Positions 1 to 10,651 are shown, counted from the first letter of the stretch. The stretch: 64,000 bases of DNA from Candidatus Poribacteria bacterium (GCA_964291315.2 OZ219753.1:2272001-2336000); one strand, 5' to 3'. Notes: generated from the sequence alone by a model not told the origin. A program made the numbers and translations.

Positions 1-43
1 TCATCCACAAATTTCTCACTTTCACAAAAGGAATACATATAAA

Positions 44-1093
44 ATGAAAACTTACGGATTCGGTATTATTGGATGTGGAATGATTGCAGACTTCCACTCC
101 GCTGCAATTTCTGAATTAGAACATGGACAACTTGTCGCAGTGAGCTCTAGAAGTACCGAGAACGCCAAACGGCTCACCGACCGGTATAACGTTGATAGCT
201 ACACTGATTATACAGAGATGCTTAAACGGGACGATCTAGACATTATCTGCGTCTGTACACCGAGCGGGGCACATTTGAATCCGGCTCTTGCAGCCGCCAC
301 CGCCGGTAAACACGTCATCGTCGAAAAACCGCTGGAGATTACCTTAGAACGGTGTGATGAGATTATCGAGGCGTGTGACGCAGCAGGTGTTCGTTTGTGT
401 GCCATCTTTAACTCCCGTTTTACTGAAAGCACGCAGCTTGTTAAATCGGCTATTGAGAGCGGGCGATTTGGTAAACTCACCTTAGGCGATGCCTACATCA
501 AATGGTATCGTTCCCAAGAATATTACGACAGCGGGGGGTGGCGTGGTACGTGGCATCTTGATGGTGGTGGTGCACTCATGAACCAATCCATTCACGCTAT
601 CGACCTACTCCAATATTTCATGGGGCCCATCAAATCTGTCCAAGCCTTTACCGATACACTAGCACACGACCGCATAGAGGTCGAAGATACCGCTGTTGCT
701 GCCCTTCGCTTTGAAAACGGGGCCCTCGGTGTCATCGAAGGAACGACCGCCGCTTACCCAGGCATGCTCAAGAAAACTGAAATCTGTGGCACACATGGCA
801 CAGTCGTCTTAGCCGAAGAGGACATCGTCATATGGGAATTCTCTCCTGAACTGCCTGAAGATGTGGAGATCCGGGAGAAATTCGCTCAAAGAACGGATAC
901 CGGGGGCGGGGCTTCAGACCCACGCGCTATTAACCACGCAAACCACCGGCGGCAAATGGAAAACCTCATTAATGGACTTGAACATGATGCCTCACATCTT
1001 GTTGACGGACGTGAGGGACGTAAAGCAGTTGAAATCATTCTTGCTATCTACCAATCGAACCGTGAAAGATGTGCTGTCGAATTGCCGCTATGA
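44..1093 (+). CDS. Gfo/Idh/MocA family oxidoreductase
   Basis: GIIGCGMIA Rossmann motif, EKP motif, GGGALMNQSIH. Confidence 0.9.
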   Translation: MKTYGFGIIGCGMIADFHSAAISELEHGQLVAVSSRSTENAKRLTDRYNVDSYTDYTEMLKRDDLDIICVCTPSGAHLNPALAAATAGKHVIVEKPLEITLERCDEIIEACDAAGVRLCAIFNSRFTESTQLVKSAIESGRFGKLTLGDAYIKWYRSQEYYDSGGWRGTWHLDGGGALMNQSIHAIDLLQYFMGPIKSVQAFTDTLAHDRIEVEDTAVAALRFENGALGVIEGTTAAYPGMLKKTEICGTHGTVVLAEEDIVIWEFSPELPEDVEIREKFAQRTDTGGGASDPRAINHANHRRQMENLINGLEHDASHLVDGREGRKAVEIILAIYQSNRERCAVELPL

Positions 1094-1274
1094 TATCTAT
1101 TTCATCTATACCGTAGGGTGGGCAAGGTAGACATCCTTATCCCCCCTTATAGAAGGATTTAATTTCCGAGATTTTAGTTTTTCCATTGGACAAGCTCCGC
1201 TGTAGAATAGATCTCTTGATCACGACTTCATTCGCTTATAAACGTCCACAGATTAGCACCCTAACGGCAACATG

Positions 1275-1460
1275 CTAATTACATTTCCGCTGGCTCATAA
1301 TGAACTCGTAAATTTCTTTAACTTCATCCGGAGAAATCAGAAACCGTTCAATTCCGTGTGCTTCTTCTATATGTTTCTCTCGGACCCTCAGAATACTGTG
1401 TACTATCTGATCTATCTTTTCAAGCTTATCACTTTTAATATGGAGATAGATATCTACTGT
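1275..1460 (-). pseudogene. Degenerate T5orf172/GIY-YIG-like domain remnant
   Basis: Manual minus-strand translation VDIYLHIKSDKLEKIDQIVHSILRVREKHIEEAHGIERFLISPDEVKEIYEFI resembles the T5orf172 tail (E..IH..L...G.EWF..SP.EV); no intact start. Confidence 0.35.
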
Positions 1461-1615
1461 GCTGGTTTGCTAATAAGAAGGTTTCGTTTTAGCTAATAAT
1501 ATGATGCCCTACTTGTGAGGATAACTGAGGCCAGCAGTGAATTGTGGGTTTCCGATTTCGCGAAATCATTATTAAATTGAAAAACTTCATTTCGATTATT
1601 GTCAGATATTCTCGG

Positions 1616-2617
1616 CTATTCATTGTTATTTCGTTCTTTTCCCGGGAAATTTCCGTTATAGTCAAACACAATTTTAATCGCTTCATTCTTCCTATTCAGT
1701 GCCATTTCAAACCCAAGTTGTGCCTCCGTGAAAGGCAAATGATGTGTAATGATCGGTGAAACATCAATGCGGCCTTGAGCGATCATATCCATCGCCAACG
1801 GAAAGTCGTTGGAGACTTCGGGTCCAACTGATCCGATAAAGTTAATATTTTTTCGGAAGAAATCTGAAAAATGAAAGTTGTAAATCTCATCGTCCGGCAC
1901 CCCGAAGGCGAGGAGCGTTCCGCTATGTTTCAGCAGCGGGAGACACTGGTTGATAGTCTCTGTTTGGTGTCCGACAACTTCTATAACTAGGTCGGCCATT
2001 CTACCTTCTGTAATTTCCTCAACAGCAGCGACGGGATCTTGTTTACTAACGTTAACCGTATGTGTGGCACGCATCTTCCGGGCAACTGAAAGCCGAAAGT
2101 CAACAATGTCAGTTGTTATCACCGTCCGTGCGCCAAGATTGCTCAACATATGCGTAAAGAGAAGTCCCATCGGGCCCTGTCCGACAACAACCGCATCAAG
2201 GTTGAGAAGGTTAGGCAGCTTTCGACATGCCCAGACAACGGTGCCAAGGGGTTGCGACATCAAGATGCAGTCTTGGCGCTGAAAATCCACCAGTGGTACC
2301 GTGACACTTTCATCCGAGAGAAAGTATTCTGAAAGCCCGCCAATATAGCGTGGTAAGGCGAGGACTTTGTCCCCTGGTTTGAACCTATCCGATTTACTGC
2401 CTGTAACAGTGCCAATTGCCTCGTGAATTGATAAACCCGGCTGAAGTGGATAACTTTCGACGGGATGCTCAAGGACAAACGCCGGCATATCAGTGCCACA
2501 AATTGCACTATGAGTAGTTTTTATCATTACTGTGCCGTCAGGATAATCGGCGAGGTCCGGTTGTTCTATGTTAACAATTTCAATCTGGCGGTGTGCAACA
2601 ATTTGTCCAGCTTTCAT
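1616..2617 (-). CDS. Zinc-binding alcohol dehydrogenase (MDR family)
   Basis: ICGTD, HE, GQGPMG motifs. Confidence 0.88.
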   Translation of the reverse strand: MKAGQIVAHRQIEIVNIEQPDLADYPDGTVMIKTTHSAICGTDMPAFVLEHPVESYPLQPGLSIHEAIGTVTGSKSDRFKPGDKVLALPRYIGGLSEYFLSDESVTVPLVDFQRQDCILMSQPLGTVVWACRKLPNLLNLDAVVVGQGPMGLLFTHMLSNLGARTVITTDIVDFRLSVARKMRATHTVNVSKQDPVAAVEEITEGRMADLVIEVVGHQTETINQCLPLLKHSGTLLAFGVPDDEIYNFHFSDFFRKNINFIGSVGPEVSNDFPLAMDMIAQGRIDVSPIITHHLPFTEAQLGFEMALNRKNEAIKIVFDYNGNFPGKERNNNE

Positions 2618-2704
2618 ATTCTATATTTGATCCTTATAGTTTATAACTAACAGTTTTCAGTTAAGAGTCCGTGGAATTGACACATTAACTTACTGCTATG
2701 AGCA

Positions 2705-3682
2705 TCAACCGGTAACTGACAACTGGCAACTGACATATTTTAAAACGTGTTCGTGAAGTTTCCCGTTCGTTGCGACAATGCCTCGATTCTTGTCCATCCG
2801 TTTTCCGCTCAGAAAATTAAGAGGCGCGCCATTAGTATCTGTGACCGTCCCGCCTGCTTCCTGAACGACAATCAGTCCAGCAGCGTGATCCCAGATACAT
2901 TCGCGATAATCTGGGAAATCGGGATTCGGCAGACGGATATAGAGTGAGGCTTCCCCACGGGCAACAATGCCATACTTCGCTTGACTGTCCATCCGAACCG
3001 GGGCCTCCGTAATTCCAAGTGCTTCTGCAACCTCACTGTGTGCATCGCTGTCGCCATGCGTGGACTCAAAACTCTCAGCGAAGCGGCGCACTTCCTCCGA
3101 TACGCGAACTTGCCGTAAAAAAACTCCTGTTGTTGTATAGAGCCGCGTGCCTTCACCGCGCTCCGCAACAAAAAGGCATCCGCGTTGTTCTGTTCCACTA
3201 TCTTTCAAACGATGCGGTAAATTTGGACATCCTAAAACACCGAGTTGCACAATGCCATCAATAATATAAGCCAGAGCGATTGCGTACTGATCGTGGCGGA
3301 GAAAGCCTTTCGTACCATCAATCGGATCCAGTGTCCAGAAGCATTGTCCAACATCCCCGGTTCCCCTATCAATCCATTCACAAACAGTGTCCAGTGAGAC
3401 CGCCTCTTTTGCAAAACAACCCATATAATCCGTAATGCGTTCTAAAAGTGTTGTGTTGTCCTTAAGTGCTTGCGCACTTTCTTCAGCGACAATAGCTTCA
3501 TCAGGAAAAGCGTCACCAATCGCTTTGCATATCAAGGCTTGTGAGCCGAAGTCAGCGACAGTTACGGGACTTCGATCTCTCTTTTGAATTGCATCAGTTG
3601 ACACCATTTCAGCTTGCACTTGTTCACAGAGGCGCATCGCCTTCAGTACAGCATCTATAGCAATTTGTTTTTTTAATCGCAT
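2705..3682 (-). CDS. 3'(2'),5'-bisphosphate nucleotidase (HAL2-like, inositol monophosphatase superfamily)
   Basis: SPVTVADF, WTLDPIDGTKGFLR, DSQAKY, IWDHAAG motifs. Confidence 0.9.
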   Translation of the reverse strand: MRLKKQIAIDAVLKAMRLCEQVQAEMVSTDAIQKRDRSPVTVADFGSQALICKAIGDAFPDEAIVAEESAQALKDNTTLLERITDYMGCFAKEAVSLDTVCEWIDRGTGDVGQCFWTLDPIDGTKGFLRHDQYAIALAYIIDGIVQLGVLGCPNLPHRLKDSGTEQRGCLFVAERGEGTRLYTTTGVFLRQVRVSEEVRRFAESFESTHGDSDAHSEVAEALGITEAPVRMDSQAKYGIVARGEASLYIRLPNPDFPDYRECIWDHAAGLIVVQEAGGTVTDTNGAPLNFLSGKRMDKNRGIVATNGKLHEHVLKYVSCQLSVTG

Positions 3683-3814
3683 TTTCTCTGTTTTTTGGGG
3701 TATTGTCGTTTGTCAGTTTTAAGAGGTCTCTTGTAACTCTATTCTCGCCTTCTTAGAGAGTCCAAACAGGATTGAATTATTACAAGAAGATTCTTGTCTG
3801 GTAACTAATACCCA

Positions 3815-4447
3815 TTAAAATAGTGTTAATTTCGGTAATTTCTCGGCCTCGCGCAACTTCCGCTTCGCCGAGGCGATATCTTCAATAACGGTTTGTCGGG
3901 TAACCTCAAAATCCTCGCCTTCTTGTCTCAGTACATAAGCAGGGTTAAAAGTTGCCATGGCAAAAGGAGCATATAGCGTATCTGTAAACCAGACCCCGCG
4001 CTCCTCGGTAATACGGAAACTTCGATGAATGAGCATCTTCGCAGCGGGTGCGCCCATACACAAAATTACCGAGGGCTGTATCAAAGTTAGTTCTCCGTTA
4101 AGCCATTTAGCGCACGCTTTAATCTCCGAGGCTTTCGGCGGACGGTTTTTTAAAACTCCACCTTTAAAACTTGTCGCCCGACACTTGATGATATTCGTCA
4201 GCCAAATTTGGCTTCGCGCTAATTCGTTTGCAGCGAGCACCTCATCAAGCAAACCTCCAGCAGGGCCAGAAAATGGAAGCGTTGTTTGATTATCAGCAGC
4301 AGACGGTCCCTCTGCAACAATCGCTAATTTTGTGGTGCTCGTCCCGCTGCCAAAGACAACATTCTCACGGGTTTTCGCCAAATCACATGCTGTACAAACG
4401 CTCGCTTGTGTCTTGAGGGTTTGCAGCTGCGCCTGAATAGTACTCAC
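3815..4447 (-). CDS. Uracil-DNA glycosylase family 4-like, divergent motifs
   Basis: CxxC plus KCR and KAC Fe-S cysteines; AEGPS and FNPAY in place of GEAPG and HPA. Confidence 0.8.
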   Translation of the reverse strand: MSTIQAQLQTLKTQASVCTACDLAKTRENVVFGSGTSTTKLAIVAEGPSAADNQTTLPFSGPAGGLLDEVLAANELARSQIWLTNIIKCRATSFKGGVLKNRPPKASEIKACAKWLNGELTLIQPSVILCMGAPAAKMLIHRSFRITEERGVWFTDTLYAPFAMATFNPAYVLRQEGEDFEVTRQTVIEDIASAKRKLREAEKLPKLTLF

Positions 4448-4531
4448 ATTTTATCTCCCATTTATTGTAGAACGCAGTCTTACAGAAGTGTGTTTAAGCA
4501 CATCCATACTTATCCTGCCTATAAACATCTC

Positions 4532-7060
4532 CTACCATGAAGAACCAGAAGTTTTAGCGAATTGAATGCTTGCATGCACCAGCTTGTCGGGTTGAGCCTT
4601 TGTAAACGTCAACCGATATATGGGTGCACTCCAATTATAATGATAATCGCTGCCGTAAGTCGACACGCCTATAGGTAAATATTCGTCCGGTACATGAATA
4701 AAGCAGGTAGCATCTGCTTGTCTAAGGGGTTTGCAAACGAGTAAGTAACTTTGGCTGTGGTTATCCCAACCCGCGGATAAAATTTCGACTGCCCCTTGGG
4801 TATAGTGTATATCAGTTGCAAGCAGTTGTGGGATGTCTTGCTCCTCACGAAAGCAGAGCAGCTTGACAGAACGGGGTGGAATATTAAGTAAGTTCACACT
4901 ATGTGAAACCGTTCCAAGATATTGTCGCATCCAGAAATCGTGAACGAGATACTCTTTAGATTCAGCAAGTCCAAGGGGATCCAATTTAAAGTAAACGTCA
5001 TCTTCGTAATCGTTCCAATTGAAGATTGCCGCAAGGTGCCAGGCTTCGGTAGGTGTCGAAATAGGTAGACTCCAAATTCTTGGAAACGGTTCATCATAAA
5101 GATCTATTGGTATGGCAACGTCTCCGAGAACCGGGAAAATGCGGGCTAGATACGTCGCGCGGGATGCCGTAAGCCCAGTTAATCGGTCGGTGCAGAAGAT
5201 TGCCCCGCCACTTAACGCTGCCGCTGTGATCTCCACAATCGCTTCATTAACAGGCCTGGGCTCACCAACAGCAAGTTCACCAAAGACGGGTTCCCAGAGA
5301 AAATTATGTTCTCGGATATGTGCAGAGTATCTGCCCAAGCGGTGCTTTGTCCCCCGCGGATGGTGCCACGGGTCATTAATACGACTTGAAGTACCCATGC
5401 TCGAAAGGGGCGGGTTGAGCAATGGAGCGTTTAACGAGATGTTCCCAAGGGAAGGTCCCTTAACTGCATTGTATCCGGCGATCAAAATCTCTCTATCAGT
5501 CGATGTGCTTCCTGAGCGAGCCTCCATAACAGAATCTCTTAACAATTCACCTGCAAGACGGTAGAGCTGGACAGATGTAAGGGATTTGTCCTGCCATTGC
5601 AAGTTCTCTGCACCATTAGTGAGACTTGTAGTATAAGCAGTAAAATCTACATTGATGAATGAACATCCGTACGTATTAACTATATGTTTAATCTGTTCTC
5701 GAATATGGCGTTGCACTTCTGGATGTGAGACATCTAACAGTGCGACTTCGGTACCACCTTCAGGCAGATGTGTTGTCGCAGGTTTGTGTTCGTTGCGTCT
5801 TGGCGGTCGGCGTGTCTTTTTTCTTCCTTTTCGGGTTTCTACTTTCTGCTGTATACAATAGTCCGGATGTTCCTGCACAAGTTTGGAATCAAGTGCTGCA
5901 CAAAACGGACTCATCCGGATTCCTACTTTGAAGCCTTTAGCTTGAATCTGGTTGAGAGCCGCTTGCATGTCGTCGGTTTGTGTTTCTGAGTCCTCCGCAT
6001 CTAGCGTATAATGTCCTAATCGCGATCCCGCCCCGAGGTTTAATTGAATGTAATTCACCCCTCCGGGAAAGCCCGGCTGAAAGAACGGGTCTTCTAAGAG
6101 CTTGCCGGTTTGTGTTAATACAGCATCGGTGTCGAGTGGTAGTTGCTCTGCGGGAAAATTCCAAGCAGTAATCGGTGGCCTAGAGGGATACCGGGGGTGA
6201 GTTTCACCACAACCGCTTTTCAGTGCTAACATCTGTGTGTAGTGTTCATAACAGGCTGCAGCATCTCCTGCAAAGTTAAGATACACGGTCTCTGAGGTAA
6301 TCTCTTCCCCAAAATTGCACTGTTGTTTACACAGATGATAAAGTGTCCATAGGTTAACGCCTGATGTCGAGGTCTTTTTATGCGATTGCGAATTGGATTC
6401 GGAGTTGCTTTGATAACCGATCTGGATGCGGGGCCACCATTTCTCTGTTGTCAAAAATCCAAAAACGAGCGTCTTGGCGTTCCGAGTGTCGTACAGCATA
6501 CCATCGTGACAGGGATGCCTAGTATCTGTTTCGCTTAATAGAAAGCCGTCATAGAGTCTTCTACTTACACTAGCAGAGAGCGGTGGCATGTTGATGAAAA
6601 GATGACAATCTGAAGGGGAACTATCAACTAAGACAGCACCGCGGTCCGCTGAAACCCCGAGTACCGTTAAACTGTTCAACTGCAGCGGTCGCTCTGGCTT
6701 GAGGTTTTCAATACCAACTTTCAACAAGATGGCCGGCTGTGCCGCATAACAATTGAGGTAAGTGTTTATCCGAACACCTCGTTCTATTGCTTCGTGTGAG
6801 AAACAGACTTGGTGATAGGTCCCGAAAGCATCTGTCAGCGGAAACGCGGTGGTAAATTCACAGTTACCTGCGTCTTCAGTTCTGATAGTACCTCCGTCAT
6901 CAAGGGTTATTTGTGCACATCCGTTGCGGATAATTGTGCTGCCGCTCTCATCAATGTAATCCCATGTGCCTTTTGAAAGGTTAAATTTAACTTCAAACTT
7001 ATTGTGGTTTATCACGACAAGGTTCCCTCGTCGCGCAACAGCTACATCGTCTGGTTTCAT
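4532..7060 (-). CDS. GH36 alpha-galactosidase-like protein, divergent
   Basis: LDVSHPEV, xDF nucleophile region, AIFNW and VHDFW C-terminal motifs of GH36-like proteins. Confidence 0.65.
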   Translation of the reverse strand: MKPDDVAVARRGNLVVINHNKFEVKFNLSKGTWDYIDESGSTIIRNGCAQITLDDGGTIRTEDAGNCEFTTAFPLTDAFGTYHQVCFSHEAIERGVRINTYLNCYAAQPAILLKVGIENLKPERPLQLNSLTVLGVSADRGAVLVDSSPSDCHLFINMPPLSASVSRRLYDGFLLSETDTRHPCHDGMLYDTRNAKTLVFGFLTTEKWWPRIQIGYQSNSESNSQSHKKTSTSGVNLWTLYHLCKQQCNFGEEITSETVYLNFAGDAAACYEHYTQMLALKSGCGETHPRYPSRPPITAWNFPAEQLPLDTDAVLTQTGKLLEDPFFQPGFPGGVNYIQLNLGAGSRLGHYTLDAEDSETQTDDMQAALNQIQAKGFKVGIRMSPFCAALDSKLVQEHPDYCIQQKVETRKGRKKTRRPPRRNEHKPATTHLPEGGTEVALLDVSHPEVQRHIREQIKHIVNTYGCSFINVDFTAYTTSLTNGAENLQWQDKSLTSVQLYRLAGELLRDSVMEARSGSTSTDREILIAGYNAVKGPSLGNISLNAPLLNPPLSSMGTSSRINDPWHHPRGTKHRLGRYSAHIREHNFLWEPVFGELAVGEPRPVNEAIVEITAAALSGGAIFCTDRLTGLTASRATYLARIFPVLGDVAIPIDLYDEPFPRIWSLPISTPTEAWHLAAIFNWNDYEDDVYFKLDPLGLAESKEYLVHDFWMRQYLGTVSHSVNLLNIPPRSVKLLCFREEQDIPQLLATDIHYTQGAVEILSAGWDNHSQSYLLVCKPLRQADATCFIHVPDEYLPIGVSTYGSDYHYNWSAPIYRLTFTKAQPDKLVHASIQFAKTSGSSW

Positions 7061-7177
7061 CCATCAATTCCTTTTCGCCGGTTGTTAGCTGTGGATCAGG
7101 GGTTAAACACGCAGCAGTTTCGGCGGTTGTCAAATACCATAAGCCTGCCCGCGCTGGCAACCACAAACTGAAAACCC

Positions 7178-7912
7178 CTAACTCCGGGCAGAAACAACCG
7201 CCCAACAATATATCAACGTAGTCGGTTCATTGCCTGTGTGGAAAACTGAAAAAGTGTCTCCCGGAGTCACGAACAGAACATCATGTCGTTCCAAAGTGTG
7301 CGTCTCAGCATCAAAGGTCACTACGGCATCTCCATCCGTTAGCACATAGATCGCTTCACTCACTATCGGTTCATGGGTAAAACGCTCATCTTTATTGAGG
7401 TGGATATAGTCTAAGGAGAGATGTACAGAGCCTTTGTGTGGAGAAACGACGCTTCGCCACTCAACAGGCTTGCCAAAAACAGGGCCCCCTCGCGCCATAT
7501 TAATGACTTGGACGTTACTCCGATGCCCAATTTCCGGCACCGGTACCTCATCAGGGGTATCTCGCTCGCCCCGATAGAGTGCCATATCCGGGGGAGATTG
7601 AAAACTAATTAAACGCGCCTTGTTCGAGGTGGTATTAACGGTCCCATGCACTTCCCGCACAGGTACAAAAATCAGGTCACCTGCGGCAATTGGCGTATAG
7701 ACACCGCCTTGTCGGACAGCCCCGCCCCCTTCTAACACGACAATTGCGTCTTCTGAGGCATCGTGGTAATGCTGTGTGAATTCTTGACCAGGGGCATGCA
7801 ATCCATGGTTTAGTGTAATCTGCGTTGAACCCATATCTGGATGTACAACACGCCAATTTTTACCTTTACCCATTTGAAAGGGCATCCCAGATTGCAGATT
7901 CAAGATTTTCAT
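7178..7912 (-). CDS. Bicupin domain protein
   Basis: HYHDASED...VHG cupin motif and a second degenerate cupin repeat. Confidence 0.8.
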   Translation of the reverse strand: MKILNLQSGMPFQMGKGKNWRVVHPDMGSTQITLNHGLHAPGQEFTQHYHDASEDAIVVLEGGGAVRQGGVYTPIAAGDLIFVPVREVHGTVNTTSNKARLISFQSPPDMALYRGERDTPDEVPVPEIGHRSNVQVINMARGGPVFGKPVEWRSVVSPHKGSVHLSLDYIHLNKDERFTHEPIVSEAIYVLTDGDAVVTFDAETHTLERHDVLFVTPGDTFSVFHTGNEPTTLIYCWAVVSARS

Positions 7913-7968
7913 GTTCTGTTTTACTGACTTTCAACCTTCGAGGGTTAGTAAAGTGTAGTGAAGTAATG

Positions 7969-8601
7969 TTAATCTAACTCAAGATCTCTGATCCGACTCT
8001 CATGCTCCCAACAATAAAATGATACAACCGTATCCCCGTAACGCGTTTGGCGGTACTTGTGCAAACTTCCGACAGTATGAGGTGTATCAGTCTGCCTTGC
8101 ATGTTCAACAAGCAGCGTACCCGCGCTTCCGAGCAACACAGTTTCTGCCAGCAGCGCCAACCCAGCAGCATACAGTTCAATATGATGCCGTTGCGACTTG
8201 CCTCTTAAACCGACACCATAGGGCGGATCGAAATAGATAACTTCGAAGACCGCTTTCTGTTTATGAAGAGACGCAACCCCCTTTAAAACATCACGACAGA
8301 ATAGATAATACCTTGGATCTGATTCAGTAGTGAGGCCACAAACGTTGAGGTTCCGTTCTATAATAGCTATACACCGTGGATCTCTGTCCAAAAATGTAAC
8401 GTGTTTCGCCCCTCGACTTAATGCTTCTATACCCATACTCCCTGTACCGGCACAAAGGTCGAGAAAATTCGCATCAAAAACCTGCTCCCGTAGGATACTA
8501 AATATCGACTCCTTCACGCGATCGGTAGTTGGCCGGACGAGGCGATTCCCTTTTGGAACGAACAAGCGCCTGCCTCTGAATGCACCAGCAATAACTCTCA
8601 T
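7969..8601 (-). CDS. rsmD: 16S rRNA (guanine(966)-N2)-methyltransferase
   Basis: MRVIAG, RPTTDRVKES, LDLCAGTG, EALSRGA, DPPY, YGDT. Confidence 0.93.
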   Translation of the reverse strand: MRVIAGAFRGRRLFVPKGNRLVRPTTDRVKESIFSILREQVFDANFLDLCAGTGSMGIEALSRGAKHVTFLDRDPRCIAIIERNLNVCGLTTESDPRYYLFCRDVLKGVASLHKQKAVFEVIYFDPPYGVGLRGKSQRHHIELYAAGLALLAETVLLGSAGTLLVEHARQTDTPHTVGSLHKYRQTRYGDTVVSFYCWEHESRIRDLELD

Positions 8602-8723
8602 GTTTTAAGAATCGTCAGCCGTCGGTCGTCGCTCCCACTCGTGAAATGCAGCCGTTACTATCATGTCGGATGACACAAGATTTTTTGTGGACAACTCATC
8701 TTCAATAAGCAGGCCGCCGATAA

Positions 8724-10043
8724 CTATTTGAACAATTCTTCTATAACCGAACCATCGTCAACCACTCGAATCGGTCGGCCCGAACGAGAATAATTCTCCT
8801 CATCAGCATTGATCGCTAGCGCGAAACAGAGCGACGCAAAAAGATCAGGCACGCCGACAGCACCACTGACCACCTGGGTACCATTTTTATTCGTGCTCCC
8901 GATTACCTGTCCACCTCGGGTGCCTCCGCCTGCAACAACAGCGGACCACCCGGTGGTATGATGATCTCTCCCATCGTTGTCATTAATTCTCGGGGTGCGC
9001 CCAAATTCACCGAGCCATAACACAATCGTCTCGTCAAGCACATCGCGTTCAGATAAATCTTTCAAGAGCGTTGAGAACGCCGGGTCGACGACGTTCAGGA
9101 GTTCTTTGGTCCGCTCAAAGTTATTCTGGTGTGTATCCCAACCGTCTAATGAAACTTCCACAAATTTGACACCGGCCTCCACAAGCCGTCGCGCCATCAG
9201 ACAGCCCTGACCAAATTTATTCATACCGTAGGCTTCGCGGACAGCGAGCGGCTCATCATTAAGTTGAAACGCATCTATCTTAGGAGAGTTGATCAGCTGA
9301 TCAGCTTTTTTGTAAACCGCTTCATGTGCTTCCGTGCTGCGCCCTATTCGTTTAGCGATAAAATCTTCCTCAATCGCTCTGAGCATCTTCAGCCGTGCAC
9401 GAAAACGGTGTGTATCCATTTGCGCAGGATACGAGAAGTCTTCCATAGAACGCATCGGATCGTTGATGACAAACGGATCATGTGCAGCACCAAGAAAGCC
9501 GCCAGAATATGTAGGTGCGTTAATATTGACACAATTTGGAAGGTCGGACAGACTATCGTCAAGGTAGTAAGAGGTAAGCGAACCGAGGGTTGGATGCCTA
9601 ACTGCACCACCCGGTGCGTATCCAGTATGCAGTAGGTAGCGGGCGCGTTCATGATTTCCCTCTCGTGAAACCATAGAACGAATGATAGAAAGATGGTGCA
9701 CTTGTTCAGCAATCTGTGGGAGATGTTCGGACACTTGGATGCCTTCAACGCTTGTCGGAATTGCTGCGAAGGGACCACCATTTTTACTACCGGGCTTGGG
9801 GTCGAACGTGTCTATCTGGCTCGCACCACCATTCATGAACAACACAATGCAGTGCTTGGCACGCGGTAGAACGTCCTCAAGCTGCGCCGAACCGCTGGAA
9901 CTGAAGTGCTGCATCGCGACGAGCCCGAGAAAACCTGTAATACTATTTTTGATAAAACAGCGTCGCGAGGTTTTAACATCGGCTAGTGAGCTGTACCACA
10001 ATTCTGGGGCATCGTACTCCGGAACCCACAATTTTGCATCCAT
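8724..10043 (-). CDS. DUF1501 domain protein with Tat-like signal
   Basis: MNGGASQIDTFDPKP, GWDTH, GEFGRTP, GRDH; SRRCFIK twin-Arg-like motif. Confidence 0.9.
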   Translation of the reverse strand: MDAKLWVPEYDAPELWYSSLADVKTSRRCFIKNSITGFLGLVAMQHFSSSGSAQLEDVLPRAKHCIVLFMNGGASQIDTFDPKPGSKNGGPFAAIPTSVEGIQVSEHLPQIAEQVHHLSIIRSMVSREGNHERARYLLHTGYAPGGAVRHPTLGSLTSYYLDDSLSDLPNCVNINAPTYSGGFLGAAHDPFVINDPMRSMEDFSYPAQMDTHRFRARLKMLRAIEEDFIAKRIGRSTEAHEAVYKKADQLINSPKIDAFQLNDEPLAVREAYGMNKFGQGCLMARRLVEAGVKFVEVSLDGWDTHQNNFERTKELLNVVDPAFSTLLKDLSERDVLDETIVLWLGEFGRTPRINDNDGRDHHTTGWSAVVAGGGTRGGQVIGSTNKNGTQVVSGAVGVPDLFASLCFALAINADEENYSRSGRPIRVVDDGSVIEELFK

Positions 10044-10651
10044 ATCGACTCTCCTTATTTCTTACATTCACACTATTTTAACATGTGGATGTCTTATTAA
10101 ACAAGGGAAATCTTCAGATAGGCAGCAGGAGTATCTTTTCCGATGGACGAGATACAGTATATTTAACCTATCTACTGCCGTCATTTGACAGAAAACAGTG
10201 TATCGTCCCCAGGCACCTTTAGCTTTAAAAAGTCTTTTTTACGATTTAAGTGCGCGTTTAGGTGCTGCTGCGAGATGTCAGAGCATTTTAGCGGGGATAG
10301 ATCGCAAGAGAAGTATACGCAAAGTTGCGTGAGAAGTCACGCAACTTTTTTCACTTTTGAAATATTAACGAGCGTAAAAAAATATAACAGAAAAATATAA
10401 AATGAAAGGGGACTGTGAGGCGGGACGAGATCAGAGTCGTGTGCATTAGAGCGTGCAAAACCTGACAGCAAGCGTTCAAAACTGAGGCTTGCTATTTTGA
10501 GAACCGCACGAGGGAGTGTGTCCATCCGTTTTCAGTCTCTTCCAAAAACTTTTGCAAACTATCTCTGATGAAAACGCATGCCCTAACACACATGCGCTGA
10601 CTCTCTCCGAATTTTAGCAAGCACTTCTCCGAGCGTTTTTATCTCCATGGA

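Noticed and set aside
10400-10650. Possible N-terminal relic of a Type ISP restriction enzyme (MEIKTLGEVLAKIRRES...)
   Set aside because: Too short and broken to support without a search
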